Positions 51,346 through 64,000 of a stretch of 64,000 nucleotides of DNA are shown here, in pieces. This stretch comes from Octopus sinensis (lineage: Eukaryota): contig NC_043024.1 in the NCBI RefSeq assembly GCF_006345805.1, positions 13,144,001-13,208,000 on the forward strand, read 5' to 3'. Both the position numbers and the translations under genes were made by a program. Position 1 is the first letter of the stretch. Each line of letters begins with the position of its first letter. The notes under the pieces were generated by a model. The model did no database searches. It was not told the origin of the DNA and saw nothing but the letters and a program-made list of their open reading frames with translations.

Positions 51346-53128
51346 GGGTTTTGGAAAATAATGCATATATTATAAGGCCTGCTATAATTGTCTGAAAGTG
51401 AATCTCCTTTTTCTTAAACACCACCTTATTATGATTGTAACAAAAATAAAAAAGATTTTTTTCAATTCGGCCATTATGGAGTTCTTTCCCAACATTTCAA
51501 CCAAAGAATTGATTTAGGAGTAGATATACTTTCGAAAACCAGCCGACACCACAACCGCTAAAACAGCCCATTTTAGTGTTAAGAATAGCAGCAGTATTCT
51601 CCTTTATGAAATATTGCATTACGTAAATATAGTGATTAGATAAACCGGAGTGAACCGGGATGTTTAATTTTTGTTCATTCGTTCAAAACCTTTAATTTTG
51701 GCAATTCACAATTTATCTCCTCGCCATTCTCATTTCTAGCAACATAAAAAAATGTAGTCATAGATGCAAAGCAATTTAGTCTATACAGTTATCAACCATA
51801 GTCTCATATATCTAGTATCACACACACATATGTATATATATATATATATATATATAGGGATACATGTATGTATATGTGTGAAGTTGTGAAGGTACATTTT
51901 CCACCTTAGAAAAATACATTTTAAAATCAAAGTCCGATATATTCGCAATCTACACCAACTGACGCGTATTTGTAGGAAATTTCATGAAAAGATTAATTAT
52001 TCTGGAAGATATGAGGAAAAAAATCCTGGGTGTCACACATATGTAAGAATGTCGCATGTGGCGCGATGAATGATGCATATCTGATAGAAAGGAAACGCCT
52101 GCTAGGGCCAATGAAAGAACATCGCAGATGCAGGATTGCCCTGACCACCATATGCACTAACCCTCTCTCCTTGTTTCCAATCTCTAGAGGCATAGAATCG
52201 GGCCATTTACTCTAACCATTTCTGTCAGAGTCATACATCTTTTAATAAATTCTCTGGCAGATAACACCGCCCACTCCACCATCACATTCTATTCCCAGCG
52301 AAACGTAGAAATGTCGATGAGAGCTTGACTTTTGGTAAAATATATATACAAGGAATTTTTTTGAGATTTTCTACAAAAGTGTATTTATCTTGAGCAAAAA
52401 AAATGTGATATTCCTGAGACTCTCTCCACCACTCCATCTCTGTATCTATCTTTTTCTCCCTGGCAACGCCCCACACCTACAATATCATCTGTAATCCTTT
52501 CTATTCCTCAATTTTCTAACCAGCAGCACACAAATCACGCAGCAACATAGGAACACGTACACATATATCGAAACCGCACCTTCGCATTGTCAAACTCAGA
52601 CTAAATCTTATTCCGAGCGTCCTAGGAACATTATAAGAAAAAACAAAATGGCGGTTAAGAGGTCAAACAATGTTGGTTTTGCCAGGAACATAAGCAAACA
52701 CAGGAGAGACATCTTAACAACATCTTCCAGATTGGTCTCTGCGTTGTTGCCGAGTTCTTGTGGGGATACCTTACGAAAGAAACGTAAATAACGGGAAGAA
52801 CAGCGCAGCAAAAACCAATAAGTTAGCGACTTGCAAACAGACAGCATCTCCTCCTTACACCTCATCACATCAACAATAATTACAACAACAAATACGACAG
52901 CAAGGAAAGCGGCTCAGTGGTGACAACGGCAACAAGAATGCCACGTGAAAAACCAAATCGCTTTGGTGTATGTGAGCGTGTATACGAAGGGATGCGTGAT
53001 TATAACTGACATTATATGATGACTGTGCCTCCATACGAGTATATAGATGTGTGTGTGGTGTGTGTGTACGTGTGAAAGTATGTATGTATATGTATGTATA
53101 TATCACATATATATATATATATGAAAAA

Positions 53129-53167
<39 letters not shown>

Positions 53168-53543
53168 TATACATACATGCATACAGATATATGCGTTTGA
53201 TATGAGTGCGTATATGAGTCTAATTATACGCGGAAATAAATGTAGACTTGTAGGATTGTATGTGTCCACATGTAAATGCGTATAAGTGTGTGTCACGCGA
53301 TTATGCATCTGTATTTGAGTGTATTTATGTATGTGTGTATATATATATATATACGTACATAAACATATACACACATCTATACATATATATGTATGTGTGC
53401 GTGTATGTGTGTAAGTATGCTTGCGTAATGTGTGTCTGGATGTGTTATGTTTATCTAGGGATGTGTTTACTGGTATTTATGTGTATGTGATTATGGGCAT
53501 AAGTAAGTGTAATTCTATATCTGTTAATATATATATGTATATT

Positions 53544-53574
<31 letters not shown>

Positions 53575-53937
53575 ATATGTATATATATATGTATGTATAT
53601 ATATAGATACAGAGATAGATATATATATATATGCTTAAATATAATATATATATATATATATGCTTGCAAGTGCGTGTTTGTATTTATGTGTGTGTATGTA
53701 TGCGTGTGCATGTGTGTGTGTGTGTGTATGCAGTGAACGAAGTGCCAAAAATATATTAAAAACAAATAATAACAACAATATAAAAAAAAAGACAAAAGAA
53801 ACAAAACAAACACAAAACATAACAAAAATTCTCTTGAAAATTACATTTGCCAAAATATCGTGTATTCACGTCACGATGCGATTTCCCGCCGGAACGAAAC
53901 GGTGGTAATTCGAAATTCTGCTGCTGACAGATCCTAT

Positions 53938-53975
<38 letters not shown>

Positions 53976-54344
53976 ATAGACATGGTGTAAATTTATTGAA
54001 CATAACATACTCGATTTCTGCTTTCATTTTTTGTTTTTCGTGTGTTCTTCTGATCTGTCTTATTATCAAAGTTAACATTCATTTTTACTCTCTTGAAACA
54101 AACAACTGTTTTGACACGCGGATATCTTTGTTGCAGTTTGAACCCCAAGTCAACGTTTGCTAAATATATCTGTGATCAGCAGCGCTCTAGCCATGACTCC
54201 TCTGTCTGTTCATTCAACCATGATACGTCTGTCTATGTGACAGCTCCGTCAGCGGCGCTCCACTTTGCACACTCACAACTGCCACCGACTGAAGTCCCTT
54301 CTACTCGAGAATTCCACGTTTAATTGGCTGATTATCCAGCCTTT

Positions 54345-55125
54345 TTCATGTGTTTCAGTAATCAGACTGCGGCCATGCTGGGGCACCGCCTTGAAGACCA
54401 TTTAGTCGAACGAATTGACCCCTGTACTTCCTTTATTGCGGGAGAAACAGATATAAATTGACGCACATAGATACACGCACAAACACATAGACACATATAT
54501 ACATATAACTATATATGTACAGACACAGATTGGCTCGCTCACACACACACACACACACGTACACACACATGCACAAGCACGCACAGACATACACACATAT
54601 ATATATTACTAGCAGTATCGCCCGGCGTTGCTTGTGTTTGTAAGGGAAATAACTATAAAGCATTTTTAGATAGTTATAGCCAAAATATAGCAAAAAAATG
54701 GGGAAAAAATGATGGTAAATTTTTTTGAGAGTTAAAAAGGTGGAGTTGCGTCCCCATGACAGTCTGTGGTTTGTGTTTCTGATTCTCGACCCCATGTCGA
54801 ATTTATCGATTTTTTTCAGAATTGGGGGAACTTTTCAAAATTTTCGCTGCGTTAGTTTTGAATTATGACATTGGGCTATGTGTGTGTCAAGTTTCATCAG
54901 AATCGGTTGAAAGCCGTGGTCAGGGTGAGGGTACAACCTAACAGACACACAGAAACACACACACAAACTGCCGTTTATATATAGAGAGATATACGACGGT
55001 CTTCTTTCAGCTTTCATCTGCCAAATTCATTCACAATCCTTTGGTCGCACCGATGCTATAGTACAAACACTTGTCCAAGGCTTCACGCACTGGAACTGAA
55101 CCTGGAACCATGTGGTTGGGAAGTA
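54345..55125 (-). mobile_element. Family A SINE split by a Helitron-like insertion
   Basis: 3' piece at 54345-54435, 5' piece at 54991-55125; the gap contains the internal microsatellite and the insertion. Confidence 0.7.
54608..54990 (+). mobile_element. Non-autonomous Helitron/HINE (Lep1-like) element
   Basis: Begins actagcagtatcgcccggcgttgct, carries aagtttcatcagaatcgg, then (CA)n and ends ccgtttatatatagagagat; no TSD or TIR. This layout is known for Lep1/DINE-type elements. Confidence 0.55.
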
Positions 55126-56687
55126 TTCTCCTTACGGCCACAATAATCTCTCAGGCCGAATCAATGTGATACAATATCACGCGGTCCAGAGAGAGAGAGA
55201 GAAGGGGGAGAGAGAGAGAGAGGGGGGAGAGAGAGAGAGAGGGGTAGGAACACAGAAAGGGAATGTGATGAATAGAGAGAAAAAGCGACAAAGAAAGAGA
55301 GCGGCGTCGAGAGGGCGAGAGACGAAGAGGGACCGTAGAGCCAACTGGTATTTTAGCGACCGCAAAACGCCCGAAAGACAAAATTGATCTTGTCAGTACT
55401 TGAACTCAGGGCGTGGGAACCTAACCGTATACCACAATATATTCTGCCCAGCACACACATTATTCTACCGACTCACCACCCTCGCAGACCCAGTTCTATG
55501 CTTCCGCACAGTTTCTTCATTGTATCAGTATATTTATGACACCAGGTTGAGTTTTGGGGGAAAATTGGTTGCTATTACTAGCAAGTACATCGCACAGGTA
55601 AAGGCTTGGAAAAATACATTGTCGTCATAGTTAAGACCCAGGTGAACCTTGACTGGACAGAGTTCTTATCAAAAGCACTCCAACCGTGGCTATATAGTCT
55701 CTTCCCTTCAGAGGATATTCAGTGTTATTTGAGTGAGATTTTACTTATTTCCTGCAGATCAACAAACTTTATATGAACGCCTTCATGTTGTATGTCCTGG
55801 TGGTGTTATTGATGTTGTTTAGCCCCTGGTTAGCCCTGATCCATCAGAACTATAATCAGATGTATTACCACCATGACCATCTCATCTTTTATTCAAAACA
55901 CAATCTTGTGCAACACACTTCACTAAAGAGTGAGATTTTGACTTTAAGTACTGCTAAATATAAATTGATAGAGGCACCACTGTTATTTCTAGCAGCTCCA
56001 AAAGCCAAGTAAAACGTTCTTCCTTGAAGAGATGTTACATTTAATGAGGAAGCTATTGCTTGTAATTAGCTCCGGGTCAAATATATTCATCAGAGTTTTA
56101 ATCTAATCTTCCAGCAACAATCAGTCAATGTTTATTCATTCGTTGGTATTGTGTATCTAGGAATTTATTATCTGAAGACGTCCTTAGTTGTTGAAGATGA
56201 TAAATAATTTGAGGAAATTTGGCTATCTTTTCTGGCAGACCACGATGCCATTAAAAAGATCATTCTTTAAACTACCTGACAGTGTGATGGAAAATATTTA
56301 ACACCTATGTTAATTAAAAAAAAAAAAATAAATAAAAAATAACGATGCAGCAACAGGTTTCCGCCACTTTCCACTCGCACATCACGTTCGAATGATTGGG
56401 CGAATAAAAAATGTCAAAACGAATTTGTTGCTGGAAAGAAGAAAATAAGTAATTAGCTCGTTAATTAGTGCTGACCCACTAAAAAGTTCATCGAAGATTT
56501 AATTGCTCTTCTTTCTTACTGCTCACTGCTGTAGCTACGACTACAACTGCTCTTAAATACTTTCGTTATTATGAATTTACGTTTAAACATTTATAATTGG
56601 AAGATGTTGCGCATGTTTATACGTGAATGGCGATTTCTATCAGGAATTTATTGTGTTTTTATGTTATTTTCAATATTATTTAATTAT

Positions 56688-56822
56688 GCGGTGAACTGGC
56701 AGAACCGTTAGCGTGTCGATGTGAAATACTTAGCGGAATTTCGTCCATCTTTACGTTCGGAGTTCAAACTCAGAAAACCGTCGCGGTCAACTTTGTCTTT
56801 CCTCATTTCGGGATGGATAAAT
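56688..56822 (+). mobile_element. Family C SINE 5' part
   Basis: gcggtgaactggcagaaccgttagc...ggagttcaaact. Confidence 0.75.
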
Positions 56823-56968
56823 TATACACGTGTGTGTGTGTGTGTGTGTGGTGTGTGTGTGTGTGAATAGACAGCTGTATATGCATCTATCTATCTAGTT
56901 GAAATTTATAGAAAAACAAAAGACGAAGGCAAGTGTATGAACAACAAGCAAGCTCGGGAAAATGAAAG

Positions 56969-57006
56969 TCTTTTACGTTTCGAGCCTACGCACTTCATCA
57001 GAAATG
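56969..57006 (-). ncRNA. Minimal type I hammerhead motif, intact core
   Basis: Minus strand ttt-CTGATGA-a-gtgc-gtag-gctc-GAAAC-GTA-aaaga; one stem II mismatch. Confidence 0.6.
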
Positions 57007-57103
57007 AATAAGAGAAGATATACAGAGAAAGAATGAAAAAAATCTTGTAGGCATCAGTGGTCCAGCATGGCGAATGATCTATCTATCTTTCTTTCTTTCA
57101 TTG

Positions 57104-57138
<35 letters not shown>

Positions 57139-58014
57139 GCTGATTGTGAGTAAATACGTGTGACTTTGCTGGAGTTTTTCTTTTGCTTTTCTTTATTAAA
57201 ATACTGCGTAATGAAATCGGTTCATTCTTTTTGAATAACCCTGTATACTGCAAAATATTACAAAGAACACAGAGAGTGGTGCATCATCAAATGTTTCATT
57301 TCATTTTACAATAGGCCATACAGCATAGTGTATGACCAGTATGTAAAACGGAAAGGAAAGTTTGATGTAATGTGTCTGAATTATTTGTAATAGTTTGGAA
57401 TTTACTCTCCTGATAAAATTCATAATCATCAGAAGAATTCCAGCGGGATAGCTCATACTAAGCAATCATTGATGATTAATACATCCTGAAGGGGCTAGCC
57501 GAAAGCTGCAACATACCTGAGAGCTATTACGGTGATTTATCCTATATATGTACCTCTATCCTTTTGTACCTTAAAGCTATTACGGTAATTTATGCTATAT
57601 ACACACCTTATAAACAAATACATACACATACCTACATATATACCTATCTATATGCATAGGGGAGTGTACATACAATGAGAAATACAATATAAACGACTCA
57701 AGATGAACAAAGTTTAACAAATATATTAGATTGATAGTTTAAAAGAAAGAGAAAATTTTAACATACACACAAACACACAAAAACACACACATATAATTTT
57801 CTAATTTTATCTTCACCATAAAAATTTATCTAAGTGATCCCACAACCCCTTTTATGCCCCTATTGGTAGAAAATACATTTGTGGTTTTCTAGTGTAGAAA
57901 CACTGACGTAGATATGAATCTTGTTACCCTTTTTCATGGAATTTATATACACTGTATGTGTGTGTATAGAATTTATAGTCACTTATGCTATGTTATACGT
58001 AACATAAACTAATA

Positions 58015-58364
58015 TGGAGGTGCAATGAGCCAGTGGTTAGGGTAGCTGAATCACGGTCATAGGATCGCGGTTTCGATTCTCAAATCGGGCGTTGTGAGTG
58101 TTTATTGAGCTACACGTGACTCCGGCTGCGTATGGTGGTGAACCCTCCTGTTTTCTTCCACCACTGTTTTCTCTCACTCTTTCTTCCTGTTTCTGTTGTA
58201 CCTGTATTGTAGCAGTGTGTGTCACGCTGAATCTCTCCGAGAACTACGTTGAGGGCGCACGTATCTGTGGAGTGCTCAGCCACTTCCACATTAATTTCAC
58301 GAGCAGGTTGTTCCGTTGATCGGATCAACTGAAACCCTCGTCGTCGTAACCGACGGAGTGCCAC
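58015..58364 (+). mobile_element. Family B1 SINE with internal deletions
   Basis: tggaggtgcaatgagccagtgg...gtcgtcgtaaccgacggagtgcc. Confidence 0.88.
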
Positions 58365-59233
58365 GATATAAACCAACAGTCATATCAGTTTAATTTTTAT
58401 GGCCGTATGGGCTATTTGTTCGGTGATATTATTGCTGACTAAATACACGGTAGAGAGAGCTAAGCTTCAACAGATGCTGTATCATATGTATAAAAGAGAA
58501 TTTGTCAATGTTTTGATTGCTATTATTATTGTTAATTAGATAGAGGAGAGCGAAAATTGAGCATCGAGAGAAGTTGTATGAGACGCATGAAACACAATTT
58601 GATTAATCGCTGTTTGATAACACTATTGATGATTAGATATACGATATGGGAAGCTGAGCATCAAGAGATGTTCCATTAGTCATATAAAAGACAATTTGAT
58701 TAAGTATTGTTTCCTTGAAGACAGTTTTTCTGTTGAATCTCAGAAAATGGCAAACCAAAATACCTGCAGGACGTTTACTGAGTTTAATTAGATACGGAAG
58801 AAGAAAGGAAACCTTTTGACTTGTAATCTCTTAGAGTGAACTAATTTTTTCTTTCTGTTTTTTTTTTTGTGAATGGGAAGAAAATCTTTTTTTAATTTTA
58901 TAACACAGCAACAAAAATACAATGGAACACACCGACGCTGGTTCTTCCTTAGAAACTGAAAGCGAAGTTCTTCAGATGATACGCATGTACACACGTAAAA
59001 GGCTATACATATGTATATACGTATTGTGTCAACAATTTTGTGTATGTATATATATATATATATATATATACACATACATACATACATAGATATATATATA
59101 TATATACACACACACACATATATATAGATACATATATATATATACACATACACACACACATATATAGATACATATATATATACACATACACACACACATA
59201 TATATAGATACATACATATATATATATACACAT

Positions 59234-59266
<33 letters not shown>

Positions 59267-60245
59267 GATGGATAGATGCGCATATACATATATACATCAT
59301 ACATACATATTTAGTCACGTTTACACCTGCACACAGCACATGCATGCACACTCTCACAAATTAAACTGAATTCATTCAGAAATTCAGAAATAATTCTATT
59401 GCACAGGTTACGATAAAATTAAGGCAGAACAGAATGGATGACATCAGGTGAATAGTGCAACAAATTAAATATATATAACCACACATATGCAAACACATGT
59501 ATTATAGAGAATATACGAATGTTTGCTGGTATTTCAGTGATTCTATTTGTATTTTTTTTCCTATTCTTTATCGCCGTTTTTTGAAAAAATAATAGTTTCT
59601 TATCTTAAAAAGAGAGTAAAGCTTCACTTTACAAAGTGACACACGCGATACTTTATAAAAGTCGTTTACATTTATGTAGTTCCATGTACAAATTTTGGTT
59701 ACTTCGAATCCGTATTGCAGTATTTAAGCTGATTATCTGGCCAACGTATGTATACAACGTATGTATGTATCTATTTATCTATCTACCTATATATATATAT
59801 ACGTTTGATTTTTACTTATGCGTATTAGTAAGTGTACATATATCACGTCCCGCATGACTATATGTGAGTAGCTGAGTGTTGAACATGTATTTATTCAAGC
59901 ACACATTTATATATATATATATATATATATATATGTAAGTATGTATGTATGTGTATGTATGTATATATATATATATATATGTATGTATAAATAAATATGT
60001 ATGCATGCATATATACATATGTATATATGTGTATATATATATGTATGTATATATACATATATATGTATATATGTATATATACACATATATTTATGTATCT
60101 ATATATACATACACACATACATATATGTGTATATATGTATGTGTGTAGGTATACATAGAGGAGAATTCACAGAAAAAGGAAAGACGAATACAGGTGGTGT
60201 AGGCAACAAAGAGATGTATTAGTTTAACGCTCGGGAAGTGAAAAA

Positions 60246-60285
60246 GTCTTTATCGTTTCGAACCTACGCTCTTCCACAGAAAGAA
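60246..60285 (-). ncRNA. Degenerate hammerhead of the same family as 56969
   Basis: tcttt-CTGTGGA-a-gagc-gtag-gttc-GAAAC-GAT-aaaga; core and cleavage triplet are altered. Confidence 0.5.
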
Positions 60286-60762
60286 CCTCTATGTAGATAG
60301 GTATGAAGGTAAGTAGACAAATAAGTATGTATTTTTGCAGGTAGGTACGAAGGCAGTTACGTATGTATATAGGTAAGTAGGTATGTTGGAAGGTAGGTAT
60401 ATCTGTATATATGTAGGTAGGTATGTAGGTAAGTAGACAACTAGATACGTATTTATGCAGGTAGCTAGGAAGGCAGGTTGGTACTTATAAATGTAAGTAG
60501 GTACGTTGGAAGGTAAGTAAGTCTGTATGTCTGTATGTAGGCAAGTATTTAGGAAGAAATTGTGGGTAGTTAGATAGGTAGGTATGTATATATTTATGTA
60601 TGTATATACGTATGTATGTATATAATTATTCAGTTTTATTTCAAGATTTCGTGCCAATAGACCAAGAGTCAGATTCTAAAGAATATCCAAGGCTTCTTCA
60701 CTGGAAATTCAACAACATCAACAAGATATTTTTGTGTGTGTGTATGTATATATGTATATATA

Positions 60763-60909
60763 CTTTATTTAAAGCAGCAGAAAATTCAACAAAACCTGTT
60801 ACAGGTTTTGTTGAATTTTCTGCTGCTTTAAATAAAGCATATCACTCTACCACTGGTATTTGAGTACTCTTTTTTTCCACCTTGTTTCACATTTATGTGT
60901 TTACTCCGG

Positions 60910-60910
<1 letters not shown>
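60763..60910 (+). mobile_element. Short palindromic element between TA-rich tracts
   Basis: 60763-60837 is a perfect 37+1+37 palindrome; the right arm continues about 73 bp to (TA)n. Confidence 0.75.
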
Positions 60911-60941
<31 letters not shown>

Positions 60942-61090
60942 GCATATTTGTATGTTTTGTTTTATGTATGTATTCTCATGCATAAATTCCTATGTCTAGA
61001 CATATTCTGCGTTTATATATGTATGCATTTATGTACGTATGTATGTATGTATGTATGTCATTATTCAGTTTTAATTCAAGATTTCTTTGC

Positions 61091-61140
<50 letters not shown>

Positions 61141-61594
61141 AGCAGGTTTCTAACCTAGATCCAAGGCTCCTTCATTGGAAATTCATCAACAACAAGGTGT
61201 TATGTATGTATGTATGCATGGATGGATGGATGGATGTGTGTACGTTTACGTTGTCATTCATCCGGAACAATGAATCCGTAAATGTGTACGTTTCATTTGA
61301 AAGATCGATATAGAAATACGTATGTTTGAATCTATATACAAATTGTATGTACGTGCATAGCAAAGGCTAAACTTGTTATATACAATTTAAATATTGCTGT
61401 AAACAAGACGGAGAATACGAAGAGAGAGAAACATTATGAATAGAAAGAAAATTAAGAATTATTTGAGCTGAGATACCTTATTTCCACCTACATGTTATCG
61501 ATTTTCGGGCGAAGCTCGGATGGATGAAAACACGAAGTAATAATTTGTGAAGTTTCTCAGATTCAAATATTAAATTTATATACTTATGTGTTTC

Positions 61595-61632
<38 letters not shown>

Positions 61633-61844
61633 GGGGGGATGGAGAGAGAGAGACAGAGAAAGTGAGAGAGTAGGTAAGTAGAGAAATAGATATGTATTTA
61701 TGTAGGCAGGTAGGAAGGATAGGCTGGTAGGTATCTTCTATATATTCCGTCACTTACAAACTCATTCAATTAACAGAGAGTTAATTTGAGCGAATAACTC
61801 TATCCTCATGCAGGAAAAGTCTGCAAATGCATTTGCTCTTTTCT

Positions 61845-62208
61845 CCTCTAGGCACAATGTCTGGAATTTTTGGGGAGGGGGCCAGTCGATTGGATCGACA
61901 CCAGTACGCAACTGGTACTTAATTCATTGACCGCCGAAAGGATAAAAGGCAAAGTCGACCTCGGCGGAATTTGAACTCAAAACGTAACGGCAGAGGAAAT
62001 ACCTATTTATTTACTACCCACAAGGGGCTAAACACAGGGAGGACAAACAAGGACAGACAAACGGATTTAGTCGATTATATTGACCCCAGTGCGTAACTGG
62101 TACTTATTTAATCGACCCCGAAAGGATGAAAGGCAAAGTCAACCTGCGGACGAAATACCACAAAGCATTTCGATCGGTATGCTAACGTCTCTGCCGGTTC
62201 GCCGCCTT
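61845..62208 (-). mobile_element. Family C composite (C1 head unit plus C2-tailed unit)
   Basis: Same ...gtagtaaataaata|ggtatttcc junction as in 21586-22130. Confidence 0.85.
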
Positions 62209-62847
62209 TGCAGATGTATTTATTGAAGTGGAGCCTATCAGCAACAGCAACAACAAAACCAAATCCATCCTCAAGCAAACGTCTGTTATTTAATTTATTT
62301 AACCAAACAACAAAATCGAACTGTGAAATCAATGCAAACTGTGCGGATATGACCGCAGTATGTCGAGAGCCGTAACTTGATACCTCAGAGTATTTGATAT
62401 CACAGCATTGGCCACTTCTACTGAACAGACGCGCTACCACCATATTTAGATTCATTGAACTATTTCAGGAATGTTCACAGTTAACAATTCTTTAATTGTT
62501 TTTGGCATCCAAACTATGAGATTTAGAAAAAAAAAAATATGTTTTACTTTGTCACTGCTTATCTCGTAACTTCTCTCTTCTTACCTCACTCTCTCTCTCT
62601 CTATTTCCCTCACTCTGTTTCTCTATCCTCTTATCTTAATTTCATCTGCACTCTTTGTCGCCTTCGGCTGTCTCTCACTCTCTCTCTCTCCCAGAAAATA
62701 TATGTAATTAAATACACATACATATATATAGAGAGAGATAGATAGATATGCATTAACATATGTATATACTTACATACGTACATACACACGCAAATACATA
62801 AACGTGTATATATATACACATACACACACACACATACACACACACAC

Positions 62848-62878
<31 letters not shown>

Positions 62879-62959
62879 TACACACATATATATATATATA
62901 CACATACACACACACACATACACACATATATATATATATACACATACACACACACACAT

Positions 62960-62992
<33 letters not shown>

Positions 62993-63019
62993 AACATATG
63001 TACATATTTACATACGTAT

Positions 63020-63060
<41 letters not shown>

Positions 63061-63923
63061 CGTCTCCTGTGCTATCACTGTTATACTCATTCTCTTTCTT
63101 TCAACTTTAGTTCTTTCTCCTTTCTCTTTCTCACCCGATCACCCTTTCTCTCTTCTTCTCTCTTTCTGTCTCACTCCTTCTCTAACTCTCTCTCCCTCTC
63201 ACACTCATTCTCTCTCTTCCTCTTCTTATATTGCAAACCATTCCAAATTCTGTTTGATTTACGCAGCGTGTCACATGTCAAAACTTATTAAGGTACATAA
63301 TAACAAGAACAACACCAACAACAATAACACAAAACAAACACCAACAACAATAACAATAATAATATGCATAACATTATTAATGAGGAAAATAATGAGATGC
63401 AAAAAATGTCGCAATCAAAGAAAACCGAAGCAGTTTAAAGAAGATGTGAACGTAAATACACGATGGTCCTATAATTTAGTCAACTATTTTGTAGTCGCCA
63501 TTTTAACTTTACATGGTTGTTTTTTTTTTTTTCTCTTGTCGCTGATTCTGCCAAAAATTATAACAGAAACCATGTCAACAATTGCCACCAAAGTACAGAG
63601 ACACGAACGACAGCAAATTATTACTAAAAACATGAACATCATCACCATAGCCACTTCTGCCTCAATCACAAGGATACTTGCCGAAGGCACATCAAACTAA
63701 ATCATGGGTTTGCAAATCATCTAGTTGTAATAATCACAGAGATATACCTGATGAAATATGAAAATATTCCACTGGGCTATCTCTAATAAACTTAGTGACA
63801 TTTCTTGCAATTACCTTGAAAAAAAAAAAGAATTTTTCATTAGTTCCCCTCGTATTTTTTAAGAAAATTATCAGCGCAAATAATATTTCGTCCACATAAT
63901 GGCTTTCATATAAATTAACTCTC

Positions 63924-64000
63924 AGGCGGCGAGCTGGCAGAATCGTTAACACGCTGGGCGAAAGGCTTAGCGGTATTTCGTCTGTATTTACATTCTGAGT
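63924..64000 (+). mobile_element. Family C SINE 5' end (runs off the window)
   Basis: aggcggcgagctggcagaatcgttaacacgc...ttctgagt. Confidence 0.85.

Noticed and set aside
60290-60600. Dense cluster of AG|GTAAGT / AG|GTAGGT donor-like sites
   Set aside because: Expected from a decayed (GTAG)n-derived repeat; no adjoining exon evidence.
44310-63765. Weak HHR-like fragments at about 44312 (+), 45517 (-), 58940 (-) and 63749 (+)
   Set aside because: Each lacks a pairing stem II or stem I, or the GAAA; they cannot be supported from single copies.

Overview
AT-rich, repeat-saturated eukaryotic DNA, most likely intronic or intergenic sequence from an octopus or other coleoid cephalopod. This is inferred from the microsatellite load and the tRNA-derived SINE families; it is not provable from the window. 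I recognise no known protein-coding gene, rRNA, true tRNA or CRISPR array, and almost all long ORFs in the track are translated (AT/AC)n repeats. The window holds at least five tRNA-headed SINE families (labelled A-E here), relics of Tc1/mariner, RTE, RLE-clade LINE and Penelope-like (GIY-YIG) elements, a MITE, Helitron-like pieces and large micro/minisatellites. The most interesting signal is a set of about seven minimal type I hammerhead-ribozyme (HHR) motifs in short non-coding elements, mostly next to (TA)n. Two of these short elements are near-perfect fold-back palindromes (axes at 38321 and 60800) with the same axis heptamer TGT(A/T)ACA, and the 38321 axis falls on the GUA of a hammerhead-like motif. 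A TSD-flanked tRNA-headed SINE with a hammerhead tail lies at 11239-11470. One weak two-exon minus-strand ORF (136 aa, no recognised homology) lies at 17853-18701. All calls are by eye; family names are provisional.
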